DNA of 64,000 nucleotides from contig NC_089433.1 of NCBI RefSeq assembly GCF_026210795.1, positions 1,302,001 through 1,366,000 on the forward strand, written 5' to 3'. The position numbers and the translations under genes were made by a program. The notes beneath the pieces are model-generated. The model worked only from the letters and a program-made list of their open reading frames with translations, searched no databases and had not been told where the DNA came from. Source of the DNA: Rhizophagus irregularis (Eukaryota). Positions 39,521-52,211 of this stretch are shown one piece after another. The first letter of the stretch is position 1, and the number at the start of each line of letters is the position of its first letter.

Positions 39521-42470
39521 TATAATACCATTGTTTAAATTATAACAAATGTAGATGACCAAATCATGTATACGGATGGAAACTTACGTATCCTCAATGC
39601 ATTTCACCGTTAACATCAACATTTTCGAGATGATCTTTAATCGTGTTCCTATCCGTAACATCCTATTGTAAAGTGGTCCGTTATAGAATTTTTACAAACT
39701 TATGGACACTAAATCAGAATGTTATGTAAGTAATTTGATTAACTTGCATTTTATCCGCATATTTTTGTAAGAGATCGCATACACCAGCAACTCCTCGCGA
39801 GCACCGCATTCCTTTACAAGAAGTCTAAGGCTAACAATTTCTGATAGTAATAATGCCTCTAAGAAAGATTCTACCGATTTACTGATGTGTTTCTTCTCTT
39901 CTTGAATAGCACTTCTTGTCATAGATCGACAAAATTGGGAACCTATTGTAACCGTACTCATCAAACGATCGATCTCATCGGTTGAGAAGCACGAGGGATG
40001 GACTCAGAGATATGTTCTCCTCGCGGAAATCTCACCAGAGTGGGCTACAACAAAAAAGTGGGAACATTAGTACACAACGAATTGAGAAATAGGTAGATAT
40101 AACTTACTCAGTGTAGGCAGATTCATTATCTTGTTGTATAGATTTGACGGCGTTAACGACAGTAGTGTATTCGTCGAATGATACATTAAACGTATAGCCT
40201 GTATATTAAAAATGATTTAAAAAGGCATAATATCGGTATAAAATAATGAAAAATGGTACATAAGTTAGTCCTAGTCTGACCTTCTTGCTGGGAACCGGTG
40301 TGTGTAAATCAGAATTTGGTTTATAAGACTCTTTATGACCCTGAGAATCTTCCATGTGGTCCTGGATGTTGAGAAAAAAGTAAAATTTACTACATAAAAA
40401 ACAAATATAAACCTATTTTTTTTAATACTTACGTAATTTCGCTTCTCGTCATGTTTCTCTACAAATGACTTTAACTTACCGGATAAAAACGTTCTCGTCA
40501 TCTTTTGAATCCTTAATGGAATCATCTATTACGTCGTTAATGTATCCTAACTACTTTACAAAACAAGTAAGTTCCCTATGTATATAAACAACCGCAAATC
40601 ACGATCTACAAACCGATTCTTTTTCAATCTTGTCTTCGTAGCATCTTTTTTTCGATCGTTGTCCAGAAGTTATGTACACCTCAGAAATCTTCTCAATCTT
40701 TTTATAATATAGGAAAGAAACAAGATTAGTATAAAATTAGGTTTAAACTACCGATTACTAAAGGGAAGATGTAACTCCACTCTCACCAACCAATACGTAA
40801 ATCAGCTAGCTACTCGAGAGTTGTCAATACGTCACTCTCGGTGACCGAAACGTATTCTAGCCTTAAACTCACAGCAGTGCGTAACATACAATGTATCATA
40901 CATTATACTTCAAAATTATTTAGGCAACTTCGAGCTTGATCGTTATCTCTGGACAATAACGTCAGAGTTTTCTTATACAAATTATGCTCCCTTCTTTATC
41001 ATATGTAATTTCGTCAACTTTCGATCCGTACATAAGGTAACTAACCAACGACCAAATTGTATTCTTTTTGAAAAAGCCATCCAATAACATTTGTAGTTGT
41101 AACGTTTCTTCCGTCAAAGCAGTAGTTGACATCTTTGAAGCACGAAAAAATCAGTTGATGTCGCGTTACTCGCGTATACCAGATACGGTATACGCGTATC
41201 GTGGATCTTTGTACTACGCTACAGTAGCGCAGTTTGATATCCGCCGTACCAGTTATTCATTTGATGAGTTAGTTAAACAGTTTTCCTGAATTATCACTTT
41301 AGTTTAATAAACACCGCAACATTGGGCCAGGTTGGTGATTGCTATGAAAAGTTTGTGGGGATTGTGGATAGAATGTTGGTTAATTTCTTTCGGAAATCTA
41401 GTATATAGAGAAAATGTAGATAAAAAAATGCAAATTATATTTAGTATTAGTAATTTATCTAGCGGAGCCAAAGAATATTTAACCATATACAATTCACATG
41501 TATAGTGAAATGTGCATATATACTAATAGTCTTTTAGTCAAAAAAAGCGGTTAAATAATAAAGCATATTCCATGGGACCCAATCTTCGAAAATGCTCTGA
41601 AATAGGTTTTCATAATAAGGTTTCGATCCATTAAAGTTTCCAAGACTCACGATTCCATGATTTCAAGACCTATAACACCATTAGCGGTTTCGAGACCTGG
41701 AACACCACCATTCACCTGAAGCGCTGACACCATTAACATTACTATGGTGATCGAAAGCAACAGAAATCCAGTCACATGATTTACATATTAGCGTAGTGCG
41801 AATTTAAAAAATTTTTCTGATAGCCTACTTTTTTGCAAGGGAAAGGAACAAGACACGATAAGATCAGTAAAGGATAAGTGGTGTGTTAAACCTATTAAAA
41901 CTCGTTTGTTATGCAAATGCAAAATGTATGTGTAACAAAACTTTGTATATAACACAGTATCTGCAATATGCAATGAAACGGAAAATTTTTTATATAACTC
42001 TAACACATCGATACATTTTTTTCTCGCACAAATGTTTCTATTCATAATCTGTATAAATTTGAGTCCCACTATATAAAGAATCGCTATAAATCGATAAAAC
42101 CACTAAATAATTATATACTGCTTGAACATTCGAATACAACACATTAGAGAGGACTAATGCACTTTTGTTTTATATTCTGAAAATTTATAAATATTCCAAT
42201 CACTTAAGCTTTTTTAAAGAGTCTGAAATATGACTCCAGTATATTAAAAAGAGATATTAAAGATATTGAAGTTGTCTCTTGTAATTATAAAAGGGTTGAA
42301 AAAAAACTTATTTGTGATAAATTAATATATTATTGTAGAATATTATTTATGATATATTATAATCAAAAATAATTATAAACTTGTACTTGAAGATTATTTA
42401 AATTCATTCAAATAGTGAGTATTTTGGATCAAAAAAAAACAGAAATTTTATCAATTTATTTTAATTATTA

Positions 42471-42686
42471 TTTTTTTTTTTTTTAACCGCAGTACATTTA
42501 CAAATTTAAAAAAACTATAAACTATGCTAATATTATTAATTTGTAAACCATTCGTCATTCCTCTATGGAACCCCACATGTGCACTGTCGGGTGGTCATGG
42601 TGACTGATCAGGTAGACGACGTATGAAACGCACCATCTTAGCATATAGCCCTGACTTCTTCGTCTGGTAGACCACAAGACCCACAA
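42471..42686 (-). mobile_element. Short poly(A)-tailed retroposon (SINE or 5'-truncated LINE 3' end)
   Basis: T14 tract at 42471-42484, a GC-rich body, and TTTTAATTATT on both sides (42459-42469, 42688-42698) as a TSD. Confidence 0.7.
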
Positions 42687-43275
42687 TTTTTAATTATTTA
42701 TTAGTAAACATTGGATTTTATTATAAATTATAAAATCTAAAAAAAATGGAAATTTACTGGATATTGGTGAAAAAGAATTTTGGAATTTGTTAAATAGTCG
42801 TGAGATACCAATTGAGAGATAGGTAATATACAGTATCATTCATATAGGTGAGTTGATGTCAACCAATCAAGTACTTAAATGGATTACAAGTCAGCATATT
42901 AATGAATTTAATGTTATAATAAATGATTTCTTAAAATAGTGTGGCATAGCAACCATAGATTATTTGAATTTTATAATTTTATCACGACTAATTCTATTTT
43001 GGTCCTCCCCTGCTGCAGCAGAATGTATAATACCCATGGAAAGCCTCCCTAGTATAGTACCCATGAATTTTGTATGAACCCGCAAACTATACATGGGTAA
43101 TGCCGTAAAGGTGACGATACGGTTTATAAAGTTTTTTCATTTATTTCCAAAAAACTTTTCTGTACATTATCTTAAAATTCATTAATAATTCCCTTTTTTT
43201 TTTCTTTTTCTATTTCTTTTTTTGCTAAATAATATACACATAAATATGTACGCGTTGTATGCATACGTTCATACA

Positions 43276-44054
43276 TTAAAAATTACCTTCTATGTATATG
43301 AAAATAAATGTCCAAAGAATAATTATGAAATAAGTTAAAGATATTATTGGTATATTAATCGTGGCTATACTATTAGAGTTTATCGTATTTGAATTATCTG
43401 AATTGGTTGAATTATTTATTATATCAGCAGTTCCAGTTGGTACATTAAAATTAACATCTATTTGACAAGTTACAGTTTTACTATTTGGATTTGTTACGCC
43501 CAAACATTGTACAGTATTATTTGAAAGTCTATTATCGGTCGTTTTAATACAAGAAGTTACGGGTTCATCTATACAAGAAAAATTAGCATAATACCATGCA
43601 ACAATTCCATCTGGATTTAAATAGTCCATCATTTCCGTACTATTCGTTGTTATTACTATCACACCAGGAGGACCATTAATTTGTAATGGCCATCCTGGTG
43701 CAAAATTTCCAAAATTTGGTGTTGAATCTATATTATTAGGTAATACCGTTAAATTATATGCTAAAAAAGATAGTGATGGCAGATTAGTTCTATTTTTTTT
43801 TTATTATAATTTGAAATATAAATTAAATAATTACCTATAAAATCTGTATTTTTCGCACTACATATATACCAACTACTCTGTCCTTTTAACTGAGAAATTC
43901 CTACCATATGTTGAGCTTCGATTGAATTAGCCTAGAATTAAAAAAAATAAAAAAATAATTTAGATTTTTTTCATCTCTAAAATTTCCAAACCTAAAACAA
44001 ATGCATTGAACTTACTATTACTAAGAATAATATGAAGATTATCGTGACTTTCAT
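43276..44054 (-). CDS. Secreted, probably GPI-anchored Cys-containing protein (206 aa)
   Basis: Exons 44054-44016, 43931-43835 and 43760-43276 splice in frame; signal peptide MKVTIIFILFLVIANSIEA; N/S-rich linker and hydrophobic C-terminus. Confidence 0.8.
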
Positions 44055-45109
44055 TGAATCAACATAATTAAATTGATTATTTCTTTTAAATATCATATCA
44101 CCAAAATTTTCAAGCCAACCGAATCATATAAAAATAAATAATTTATTCAAAAGAAATAATAATTTGGAAACGGTCGATTTGAAAAAAAAAAATATTTTTT
44201 TTAAAATGGTTGTTTATTTATATAGTTACCTATTATTTATAGAAATTTTTCTTTTTGGGAAAAAGGAAATTCACTTTTTTTAGTGGTTAAACCATCTAAA
44301 TAGGTTAGATAGTTTTAATTTGTTTCTATATATGTCGTGTAAAATTAGACTTTTAATATATATAAAACTTTATATGATCACGTGATTTTTTTAAAAAACA
44401 AAGTTTGAAATTAAAATCACTTATTATGGTTATTTAATATATAATATATTTAATCGGTATAACGTTTGACACTATATGTTAAATTCACTCAAAAAATGTG
44501 ATTTAATTAATATTTGTATAACAAGGATAATGCAATGCATGTCTATTTTTAAAAAAAAATTGTTTATGTAAACATTTTTAATCATTGAAATTATTCTTTT
44601 TGACATGCTTTTTTTCGAAAATAAATGATCACTGATTTACGCCTCATCATATTAAAACGTTTCGGATTTTTCCATATATTCGCCATATGTACCTTAAATG
44701 ATACAAATAAATCCGATCCAATTTGTTATATTGGGCTTTTTGAATTTTTGAAATAAATAAAGCGTAATTTTATTAAATTTCGCATATTTATTTTTTTCTG
44801 AACATCCTCATGGAATTTTTTATGGAATTTTTTGTAACGTGGTACAATTTAAAAATGCTAATCACGTGAAATGCTGGATCATATGAATATGTGAAATCAC
44901 ATGGATCGTGCATATCTTTGTTCTTGATCTAACAACTAATTTTCTTTTAGCTTGCACCTCTAGAGTCTAGAGATAATGAGTAAAAAATCTACAAAGGTAG
45001 GTTCTTATTTGCACAAGTACTCAATTTTATTATTTTTTTAATTAATATCTTTTTTTTATTGAAATTTTCGCAATTCAGTCTAAATCAAAATAAAACTCTT
45101 TTATTAAAA

Positions 45110-46117
45110 ATGTTTTACGGTCATTATTGTGGTGCTTGGATCATTAAAGTTCTAGAACCCAAGATCCCTTTATGGGTTTTAATGGTCGCAGTTCAGGTTA
45201 AGACGAATTTTTTTATAATTTTTTTGTTTTCTTATTTATTTTATAATTTATACATTATTAATTTCTTTGTTATTATTTTATGAAAAACATGAATAGTTCA
45301 TCGATTTCATATTCTGTTTATTTATTTTATTTGATATAGAAGAAGGTAAATTAAAATTAAACAATCGTAAACTATTAATAAAATTTCCCTTACTAATATC
45401 AATTTCTCTTTATTTTCAGTTCGTATTACTCGTGGATTTACAAAATCAAATGACTTGGAGCTAATTTATATTCCATACACTCATTCTTTAATTGCTGTGA
45501 TTGGATGGAGTATATTATACGGAGTGTGGTATAAAATTTCTAGATATGATGGCGGTAATCGTGCTGCGTTCTTAGTAGGATTGGCTGTGCTCTCTCATTG
45601 GTTTGAAGATTTATTGGTTCATAAAGAAGGTAAATACAATTTATCTTTATCATAAAGTGAATTTTATTAACCTTCCATTTTTTTAGATTTGCCATTGACT
45701 TTTTATGATACTCAAACAAAGTATGGATTTGGATTATGGAATATTCCAATAGTACATTATCCACTTGAATTTTTATTATTCTTTGGTTCATATTATTATT
45801 ATGTGAAAAATACTGAAGTGCACCCTTCTAAAATTCAAATTACACGTTATACGGATAAAGGTTTTAATAATAGTAACTATATACAATCATCACGAGATGA
45901 TCAAGCAAGTAAATGGGTAAAAATATTATTGATATATTCTCTATGTACATATATCCCTAGTGAACTTATCTCCGCTCCTGAAAATTGTAAATTGTTGGTT
46001 ATTATTATGCTTATTTTATATGTTATCATGGCTATTTTAGCTCATCGTTTAGACAAAGTTAGAGTTACTAGACATAATAATCGTATAAGTGATAAACTAA
46101 AATTATTAAATGAATAA
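45110..46117 (+). CDS. Membrane-bound metal-dependent hydrolase, bacterial YdjM-like type (258 aa)
   Basis: Exons 45110-45196, 45297-45345, 45420-45629 and 45687-46117 splice in frame (777 nt); motifs MFYGH, VQFID, IPYTHSL, LSHWFEDLLVH..DLPL and GFGLWN. Confidence 0.8.
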
Positions 46118-46584
46118 ACATCCTGATATTTCGATCAAGTATTTGATGCAAAAATGATATAGCACAAGATAACCATCAATTTATATTGTAAAATATAATT
46201 TAATTTAATTGATAGGTAATATAAATAAAAATATATATATTAAATAATAAATAAAATAATAATAATAAAAAATAATAATAAATAAACTAAATATTCTAGA
46301 ATATAATATATAATATAATAATTTTAACTAACTTTTAATAATATCCCTCTCGATCTAAATTTTAAAGTTCATTATCACTTGATTCATTTGAGAAAGTTAT
46401 AACTACGATCCAAATTTTACTCGTTATAGTTAAATATGGGATTTCATAGAGTACTGATATTTGGTTGGTATGCCAATTTATATTCTAGTTAAATATTCAA
46501 TTTACTAATAAACATTTGCTTTCCTTCAATGTAAACATGATACAGCACAAACTATATTATCTATACAAATTAGATGCATCTATG

Positions 46585-46762
46585 TAATTGAAATACCATA
46601 TTGTATTTATCATCCCAAGTAAGTTTATCTCCCATGGGATGGCTTTTCGTATAATTGATATGCCAAATTGTATTTATCGTCCCAAGTAAGTTTACTTCCC
46701 ATGGGTGATGGCTTATCATATAATTGGAATGCCATATTATATTTATCATCCCAAGTAAGATT
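46585..46762. repeat. Three ~69-bp tandem repeats
   Basis: ATTTATC(A/G)TCCCAAGTAAG occurs three times; the minus strand reads LTWDDKYN three times. Confidence 0.8.
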
Positions 46763-47282
46763 ATTGACATTATGAAGTTTTAGCATAAAACAGCATACAG
46801 GAAAATGAATTGTATCTTCTTTTGCCAGATATCTATGAATTGCATTTTCAATTGAATTTATCAAATATCTATTGAATGAAATGTTTATTGAGAAAAATTT
46901 TTTTAAAAATGTTTGATAATTAGATTATATATTATTTAGTAAAATGATATTAGAAGAATATTATTTAAAGTAAAGTAAAATATAAAATATTAAGTCAAAA
47001 GAATCAAAAGAATATAGTTTTAAATGGTAAAAATATAAGATAAAAAAAAATAATGAAAAAAAAATCGCATTGGAAAAAAACTTTTTTGTCGCGCCTGTTA
47101 CACAGCCTCACTCCCGTGCATCATATATCAATATAAATACGACATCAATACAATTCCACCTGAAAATATAAGATTACATGATTACATACAAAATATACAC
47201 AAAGGTCTTTATTGAAAAATTGATTTTTTGACCTTTGTTTTTAACTCTTGATTTTTGCGTTTGCAGATATTTTACCGAAATC

Positions 47283-47671
47283 ATGATATTTTGTTTTGTG
47301 GTAGGTACCGATCTTGGTAGCGTCTTTGAAGTTGACGGCCAGATAAAAATGACCATTGTGAGAAGAATAAGAATGATTTCGAAGACAAAAAATTTGAAGA
47401 CAAAAAATTTGATGCCAACAAGTTGAATCTATGGTTGGTGGATATTCCTTACGATACAGAGAACGTTAAACTGAGAACACTTCAAAGCAGATCCCGTGAT
47501 ATGGATGAAGAAAATATTATTATACAAGAACTCGGAGGTAAAAAGTTGTCTCCAGTTGGCGACATCTTTACGTATGACTCCAAGAATATCTGTATCATCG
47601 TACAACCTCTGGCCATTACTGGTAAATGTCTCCTAATGGTTTGCCAATCGAACAAAATATTTTTTTTGTAA
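47283..47671 (+). pseudogene. Crinkler (CRN) effector N-terminal ubiquitin-like domain remnant
   Basis: IFCFVVGTD..SVFEVD, NKLNLWLVDIP and KNICIIVQP correspond to the CRN LFLAK and HVLVxxP regions; frameshifted; no C-terminal domain found. Confidence 0.7.
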
Positions 47672-50479
47672 GCTTAAGTCCGTCATCATGTGTAATAATA
47701 GTCGCACTGTCGCAGTGAAATAACTAGCAGTATTACGAAAATATTATCTAATCTAATCGAATTCACGTGTCTCATCAGCACAGTAAAATTGCCGTGACTT
47801 TCCTATCATCTGATTTTCAACATCAACAAAATTTGGCGCAGTATCGTACTGGTGATAAAAAAATCGACATGCCTTTATTATAACACTCTAAGCAACAAAT
47901 TCCCTAAATACAAGGTGGAATGGAATGTTATAAAAATGAATCGTAGTGGTAAGTATGAATCAGTAATATTATTTTTTTTTACTGTAGTTGCTTGTAGATT
48001 CGAATTACTTAATCTCAGATAATCTTTTATACTGTGCGGGTGATATAGAACGAAAATACTGTAGATATATGCGAAAAAATTTATTTCGGAAATCTAGTAT
48101 AATAAGAGAATGTGGGTGAGAATCTCATAGTTAACAATAGTGATAGAAATAAATTAAGTGTAAAATTTCTTAAAAAAGAGAGAACAAAGAAATAACTTGA
48201 TGCTGGGACTCGCATTAAATGGCCTAGGATCTGTGTACTCTCTTTCTCTTTGATAGCATCATCTTTTCTAGCATTTTCTAATTCACTATATATCTGAAAA
48301 ATTAATAGACATTTTGCTATTCTTCTTTGGTTTAAGGCCTGAGAAATTCTTTTATCCACATTGGACTTTATCTTCAACCATGTATATATCAATAAAATAA
48401 TATACTTATCTCTATTCTATTCTATAACAAATGCATTCTTGATATAAATGGCCAAGTTGTTGAGCGAACAATGCACACTCTTGACAACTTATCATGAATA
48501 ACAAATCTTGAAAGAAGTATGGGATAACTGTAGTTCTTTAGAATGATAAGTAAGTACATTGTTTTCTATATATACAAATTACGTACAAGAGGTGCTTCCA
48601 TAGGAATAATCATAGTTTTTGACCAGCAGCCCTACAGTAGCTTACATTATAGGGTCAAACCATCTTTTTTCTAAAATATTCAATAAAATCAAAATACAAT
48701 TAGCTTAAGTAATCAGTATAGATATAATCTGCTAAGTACCTACAAGATATCAAAGTATTTCTATATATGTATCCACAGGATCCTGCTTACTTATAAGATA
48801 AGTCACTCTCAGGTCTAAGGTAAAAATCATATATAAAATTCTTTGCAAATCCTACTATAAAAGGAAATTTTATGTTATATTGTTATGATTTTTTTTCCTT
48901 TTTAGCTAATTAACCAATAGAATTTAAGAAAAAAGTAAGGTAAAAATCATTAGTAAAGGTTAATTTTTTACGGTAACCTTTATTATAAGTAAGTAAGATT
49001 CTGCACTCACAATATAACTCTTGACAATTAAGCATGAGCTACAGAATGAGCAACAGCTTAAAGTATAAGATAACTGTAATTCTTTTGAATACTTGTAATT
49101 ATACTGTCTTCTGTAAGAGAATCTAGTTACAAATTGGCCTTTTAGTAAAGAGTAATTATAGTTTTGCCAAATTTATAATAGACCACATCTCACAGAATAA
49201 AATATCTATTTAAAAAGTTACTTAAATACTGAAATATCATAATATATTTTGTATTTGGATATTTTAACCAATCTATATGAAAATAATATATGTTCCAAAA
49301 ATTACATCACACATTTGATAGGTATATAACACAAAAATATATAAAATTCTTTCTGGCGATCCCAATAATTTTATTAAATAACAAGTATGTTACTAGCAAT
49401 CTAAATCTGCAATTTTGTTTTAATTATATCCCTTTATGCCTAACTCATCTGATTTAATTACAATCTTAATTTTCAAATAAGCAAAAACTTGACTTTTTTA
49501 TTAATAACAAACCCACACTATTAGTGATTTTCCAAAAGTTTAAATACACTTCAAAGATAACAGGTCTCTTGAATTGGTATTCTGTACTTAATGTAAGTTT
49601 TACAATTTGTAAGGATAATTTAAAGCTTGTTGAACTTAAATAAAATTATGAAATATTCATTATAAGAAGTCTATCAACAATTATTTTTGACAATTACAGT
49701 TTACTTATATAAAAGGAAAAGGTATGTCAAATATGTTTATTATGTGGCTAGTTATATGAGGATGATAATTTGATACTAATGTCAGCAGAATCAAAAATAA
49801 ATCAAGAATTATAGTTCATATTCAGTATCATTTAATCTGTCCTTTAACTTTAATCATAAAGAAGGTCCTGAACATTTCAATGCTAAATCATTAAAGAAAA
49901 GTATCGTCGTTTTTCAGATGCAATTAAAATTAAACATATCGATGTACTGATTAACAACAATCTGTTTAAAATGATATTGAATTGGGTATTTATAGGAGAA
50001 TATTGTTGACAATATCAATTTCAGAAATATTTTTAGAAATGGATGTGAGTATCTCATTGCATTTACAAGATATAATTAAACTATATTTACACATGATTGT
50101 ACTTTTCAGTGGACCTTTGAAGGATATAATCTCTCCCTAAAATTCAGAAATTTTCAAAGATTAATAATTACACAAGTCAAAAAAGATTCAATTTTATGCT
50201 TTCAAAATGACTTACAGAAAATCTTGTAAGTAATACATTGTTGTCATCCATGGTAAAATAGATGTTTATTAAATATTATGTTAATTGAACAGATTAAACC
50301 GCTATATATCACTTGCACTCAAGTGATTTGGGACCAAATCTGCCAAAGAAAATTACTTCTGAAGCTACCATCTGTGGCATATGAGGTGGTTCATGATTAT
50401 TCTTCAGTAATATTTACTCTATATTCAGATTGGGTATTAAATAGTATGAGTGACCAAGAATTTTTCTTTAGATGCTAAA

Positions 50480-51525
50480 CTCTTTCATGCCACTTGATAA
50501 TGTTCAGGATACATGGGGCATTAATTTCTCCAAAGCTGTTGAATTAAACAATCATGAAGTTTTCCAGATTCAAATAATTCTATGAAACTTGTAAATGTTA
50601 TACTCATTGTAATGCAATCATAATTGATGCGACTTTGAATGGAATATCTTCCTTTTATAGCTTATTATTAAGTTCGAAAGATGTGACAATTAACAACAAA
50701 GATACCTTCGTTCATGAAATTCTGCACGATTTACTCAATGAAGTTTTTCGGGATCCAAAATTTGAGCTAGTTTGGTAAGAGTTTTGTGTTTGTGATTTCT
50801 ATGTGACTAATTGAATAATGCAATTAAATGATGTTGAATTTAAAAGGGCGAATAGCGAGTCTCTTGCATCAAAGAGCCAGCGTAACAGCAACAAAGAAAA
50901 TGAAAATTTAAAAGGTAAAAAACCAGATTTTAAACTTGTAATGAATGTAGTTGATGAAATTCTTTTCGGAGAAGTAAACCCACCAAAAAGTAAAAATTCA
51001 ACATTGTTGCTTAACAAAGATCTTGTGAAACTCGCAAATTTCCAAGCTGGCTCATTGGAAAAAGTATGGCAACAGAACCGGGCTGGCTTCTTTTGGAATA
51101 TGGATTTGTGGTAAGTGCTTAGATTTGTTTCAACTTTATATTGTTTTACTGATTAATACTTAATCACATTCATAGGCGAGCGCATTTACATCTACGATAT
51201 GGATTTAAATTACGATGGGATCTATAAATGACCCTAATCTCAAATCTAATTGTTCCAACTTCCAACCAGCCAAACCCAGTTCGTAAGCCTGATACCAGTC
51301 AAAGAGGCTTTTTCAATATCAAAGTAAGTTTTTAAAATATAATAGCTTATCAGTTATTACTTCAATGTATCAAACAACTCTAACATTCTCTTTTACGATT
51401 TGAAGGATCGTATTTCTAATGTCTTAGAAATTACCCATAACAACCTACTTGATTCCATATCACGTTCAATGTAGCCTGAATCCGTTAAAATTCCAATAAT
51501 TGGTTTACAGCCTAAAAAGGTGTAA
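50480..51525 (+). pseudogene. Degenerate multi-exon gene with a PD-(D/E)XK-like nuclease motif
   Basis: TFVHEILHDLLNEVF...ANSESLASK..GKKPDFK..EILFGEV(N)PP..KDLVKLA..IYIYDMDLNYDGIY; introns and frameshifts. Confidence 0.55.
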
Positions 51526-52211
51526 AAATTATTTTCCTTATTACGAATTGTTTCAGTAGATGTTAAGAAGTTATGTGAAGCATTTTTTCTTGCAACAAAG
51601 AAGTCTTTGAAATATTGCATTTACAACTTTTAGTCAGGATAATTTTAATAATAGATCAAATTAATATTCAAATCGTGTTATTTAGCATTGAGATTTTTTT
51701 CAATAATTTATAAAATTTCGCGGTTTTTTTCTTATTAAATGTATGTGAATACCGTATGTGAATATACGTGGCTTACGTTGAAAAAATTTTTCGAAATAAA
51801 TTCATGATGTTCGGACATATATGCAAAAAGACGGGATCGAACTCTTCCAATCTTAACGGCATAATCTAAATACGAAGACCACAAATTCCGATCTCGCATG
51901 TTTTTTTCGGATCATCTGTATATTGACGCACAATTCTTCTCGAGACCCACTTCCTCAGAACAAAACTAAATGCAAGATATTTTCACGAATTATCTTTGGT
52001 TCTTTCTAGGCTTAATAATTTTAATTAGGTGTGATTGATGCAAACACCCTTTAAATTGATAAAGAAGTGAATATAAACGTCTATTTTCGGATTAATTATA
52101 AACCGGGGCAAATTATCATGTGAATTAAGAGAAAATTTTGACCAAATTTATTTAATTTGTTCGTCAGTTTAAATCTCTCATATTTTGCGAATCTCATGAT
52201 ATATAATAAAA

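Noticed and set aside
40826..40856. AATACGTC...GAAACGTATT resembling hammerhead stem III
   Set aside because: Only 13 nt lie between the two halves, with no CUGANGA and no room for stems I and II; a simple hairpin.
42595..42640. Hammerhead-like words CTGATCA...GAAAC
   Set aside because: The core deviates from CUGANGA, and there is no stem II pairing, stem III or cleavage triplet.
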